Both the position numbers and the translations under genes were made by a program. Source: Phyllobates terribilis (Eukaryota). Taken from it: 64,000 bases of DNA. The notes below the pieces were generated by a model. The model had not been told where the DNA came from. It made no database searches and worked only from the letters and a program-made list of their open reading frames with translations. The stretch lies in the NCBI RefSeq assembly GCF_046119375.1, contig NW_027362762.1, positions 716,038,001 through 716,102,000 on the forward strand, in the 5' to 3' direction. Shown one piece after another: positions 60,481 to 64,000 of this stretch (the stretch's first letter is position 1; each line of letters begins with the position of its first letter).

Positions 60481-63251
60481 ACTATTGTTAAACTGCAAAC
60501 CTTTTTATTACTTCTGTATTCCCCATGTTTTGATCATCACTTTTTAATATTTAGCTGCCCTTCACGGCCAGGTTGATGCTGACCACAGTACAAGTATCCA
60601 GAGGTTTTTTGGTTGGATGCAGCATTGAAAGTGAACAAAAAGCAATTATGGTGTATGCAAAAACATTAAGATTTGTAAAATCTGTAAGTCATAAATCTGC
60701 CAAATAAATGACATATGAGATGAGACCAGTGTAAACTGGTATACTCTGCATTTCTACAGTGTTATGGTAGGCAGCAATCATGTATTGTATACTTTCCCCT
60801 TGAAAACTCCATCAACAGGGCAAATACTGGAAAACAATTGCTTTAAATAGTTGTTTCAAAAAGGCAAGTCTTTGCAATACTTTTATGAATGTATAGAGAG
60901 TGAAAAGAAAAACACAGTTCAGGTCTTTCTTTCCTGGGTAGCAAAACATGGCACCAATATTTTTTTTTATAAAAATAGGTTCACTGTTATAGATGAATGA
61001 ATTTGTATGACTGGAATTGAATTGTCATTGAATTTTAGACAAATTTGTATTCTCTAGAATCTCCAGGTCCGTAGCTGCTAAAAAATGTAATAGTTTTGTC
61101 ACATATCATAATAAAATGAACAAGATGAATATCAGATTTATATTTAAATACATTGATGACTAAAATAAATAAGTGTGCACATTCAAAAAACACCACTCCA
61201 ATATCTCACAAAACAAATTCAATATATTATTGCAACATGCTAACAAAATGTCTGACACCCTGAAATTTACATCCCAACCACTGTGTGGCCACACATGGTC
61301 GCATATAGCATAGATGTCTCGTCACTATTGCAAAAACTTGTTTTGTTTCTTTTCAAAGATGATCATCTAGAGCTATACATCTGAAGATACTGTATATCAA
61401 GTCAAGATTAAATGTAAGAAAAGACACAAATTTTCCTTACAATGTTATCCTTTTCTATGTATCAAACTCTATTTCTATCTTTTTAATGCCTTGCTCTACT
61501 GCATGCTCAGCTTTTGTGCTTTTTATACTGATATTTTTTCTTCTCATACGTTTTCTATTTATCAATGTAGCAAAGATTAATTGTTTTCCACAACTAATTA
61601 TGACTAATAATTTTCATGTAATGATACAATAGAAGACAATGTTTGAATAGTAAACTAAATTGTTATTAAAATATGTTATAAAAATGGTGATGAGAAACAA
61701 TTATTTTCAGGAGAAAGTAATAAACTGTTAAAACAGATACTTCATTCCTAGATCAAAGCCAAAAGGCATTTGGAAACCAGCTTCTTAGTGTCAGCTCCCC
61801 AAGTAATTTGCATTCAATTTGCTTGTTTATTTAAATGAGCAATTTGGGAAATGACTGCACGGAGCAATATGAGATAACAAAGAACTGACTTTGGCACAGT
61901 TATGTTGCTTCACCGTATCGATCGTTTTCTCTCAAACTAATTTTGGTTGCAACATTTTACATGAAGTGCCATATCCTTGACAGGCAATATAACATTGCTG
62001 CTGTTTCATCTGTCCAACGAGGGACATTTAATATTAGTGAAATAGAAATGTGTTTATCGATAGGAAGAACTCTTAATTTTGTAAAATACTTAAATGTAAA
62101 ACTTCAAAATATGAACCAGAATTTTCCTTTCAACACCCAAAGTTATTAAGGGATTACATTTATTCATTTTTTAAAAGACATATTTTCATAACTATTGTTC
62201 ATCCTTAATAAAGTATATCTATTTCTTGCACTATATTTTGAACTTTCTATTGCATTTCTGCATGTGACCTAGAACTTTATGGAACAATCAGCACCTCTCA
62301 ACCTGATTTCTATAGGGGCAAAAAAGTCTCTTATTTGGCTGAAATATTAATGGGAAAGACATAAAATACCCTGCAATGCCTTTACCCATTCTTAAAAAAC
62401 TCTGTTTTACTACTGTTTTAATTTACCTACTGGGAATTAAAAATGGTCTACAATGGTTTTTTTTGAGGGTATAGCCAAGATAAAATATCTGAGTGACAGC
62501 GTGGCAAATCAGGGATGTTTATTGGCAGAGTCGATTTTTTGATGCGAACAAGCTGGAACCCAAAACATGAACCCAAATTTTAAATGCAGAACAAATTCGC
62601 TCAACACTAGTAGCTACATCACTAGACCCTGTCTAATTACCCCCCTTTTTAACCAGATAACCTTGACAAAGGCCAACACGGCCGAAACGTTGGATATTAT
62701 CGATACACACTGATCGGGGAAGAATAAAAAAGTATTTTATTGCTCAAAGAAACCTTCTATCTCATCATTTCAGTGACAAAGTTTCCCTCATATGTTACTG
62801 GTCCCTGTATATACCCCAAAAAATAACCAATTTGGAAGATACAATTACATTTTTGAATCCGTTCTTCTATGACTGTAGTTTACATTGACCATTGTACTTG
62901 TACTTGGATGTTGTGCGAAGCTGACACCAAAACTTTGGCGACTGAACCTATAAAATGTTGTTTGGAACATACTTACCTTCCATTTTCAATATATCAATCT
63001 ATGAACATGAGCAGGAGAAATATTTTGATAGATGTAAAAGAAAAACTCAATAAAATGGATTAGAAAAAATATAATGTTTTTATTATCGCTATTAATGTTT
63101 TATTATACTATATATATCATGGAGTAAAGACTTTTTGCTAAGAGTCACAATAAAGTTTCAGAACATTTTCACTGGACGTTAGTCGTATAAATACTGGGTG
63201 GAGATATTATCCTTAAACTGGGTCCTACTTCCTGATTACTGCATGTTATAA

Positions 63252-63674
63252 GGCCTCCGCCACACGTCCCTGTTTCCAGTACACATGGTATTCGTTTTTT
63301 CACAGATACCATACGTACCCATTATAACCTATGGTGCTGTGCACATGTCCATATTTTTACATGAACCATGCAAAACACATGGAGACATGTCCATTTTTTT
63401 CTGGCAGCACAGATGGAAATGGGCCAATACAAGTCTATGGGTCCATGATAAACACATACAGCACACGGATGGTGTCTGTGTGCTGTCCATGTTTAACCTT
63501 GCAAAGTATAGGAGAAGCTTTGTAATTTATTACTTTCTTTATCCATGCTGGAAAGACACTGATAACACACTAATGGCAAAAATGGACACACGGATGACAC
63601 ACTGATGGAAAACACTGATGACATCGTTACCGGTTTTTCACATACGTGACTTATATGGATGTGTGAAGGAGACC
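63252..63674. mobile_element. MITE with TAA/TTA flanks (PIF/Harbinger-like)
   Basis: taa|ggcctccgccacac ... gtgtgaaggagacc|tta, with an internal inverted repeat. Confidence 0.7.
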
Positions 63675-64000
63675 TTAAAGTGCTTTAAATAAGACATAAT
63701 TGTTTAGGGGGTCCTGGTACATGTTTTACATTAGCATCTGGGTGATCAGGTTTTGCTACTGCTGCACATATTTTAAACACATTTATATTGAATTCTATGG
63801 CTTGGATATGTCACGATATTTCTTGGAAAAGATTGATTTGATATATTGCAGTCTATTCTTAGAAATATATCAAGTGAAAAACAATTCTAGGGTGTTAAGA
63901 ATCTCTATAAGAGCCCTTTTTACAACATTTTTCTCAATAAAATTGATCAGTTTTATAGCTTTTCATTAAATCTAGCTGTGATGTTTTGCATAAAACATTG

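Noticed and set aside
1-64000. tRNA, rRNA or other structured RNA genes
   Set aside because: None recognised; the hairpins seen belong to transposons. An Infernal/tRNAscan run would be needed to exclude them.

Overview
Eukaryotic, repeat-saturated, gene-poor DNA. The repeat repertoire (CR1 LINE, hAT, Tc1/mariner, piggyBac-type TTAA elements, TAA/TTA MITEs, solo LTRs) fits a vertebrate, most likely a frog; this is an inference. No intact host gene, rRNA, tRNA or CRISPR array is supportable. Bases 1-38,200 are almost entirely nested transposons. They include two decayed large hAT elements with transposase pseudogenes (919-6980; 24297-35065, TSD gtctagag) and a 5.5-kb non-autonomous hAT derivative built of palindromes within palindromes (7311-12828, TSD ctcttaac). 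That element is joined tail-to-tail, across the same 8-bp TSD, to a near-identical inverted half copy (12837-15651), giving a 5.6-kb near-perfect palindrome. A ~20-kb TTAA element (17809-38194) hosts a full-length CR1 and the large hAT, which in turn holds a Tc1, an L1 fragment and a solo LTR. Bases 38,200-64,000 are AT-rich, intron-like or intergenic DNA with scattered Tc1, Chapaev-like, LTR and MITE remnants, two local duplications and a few candidate micro-exons. All alignments and counts were made by eye, so boundaries without a TSD are approximate.
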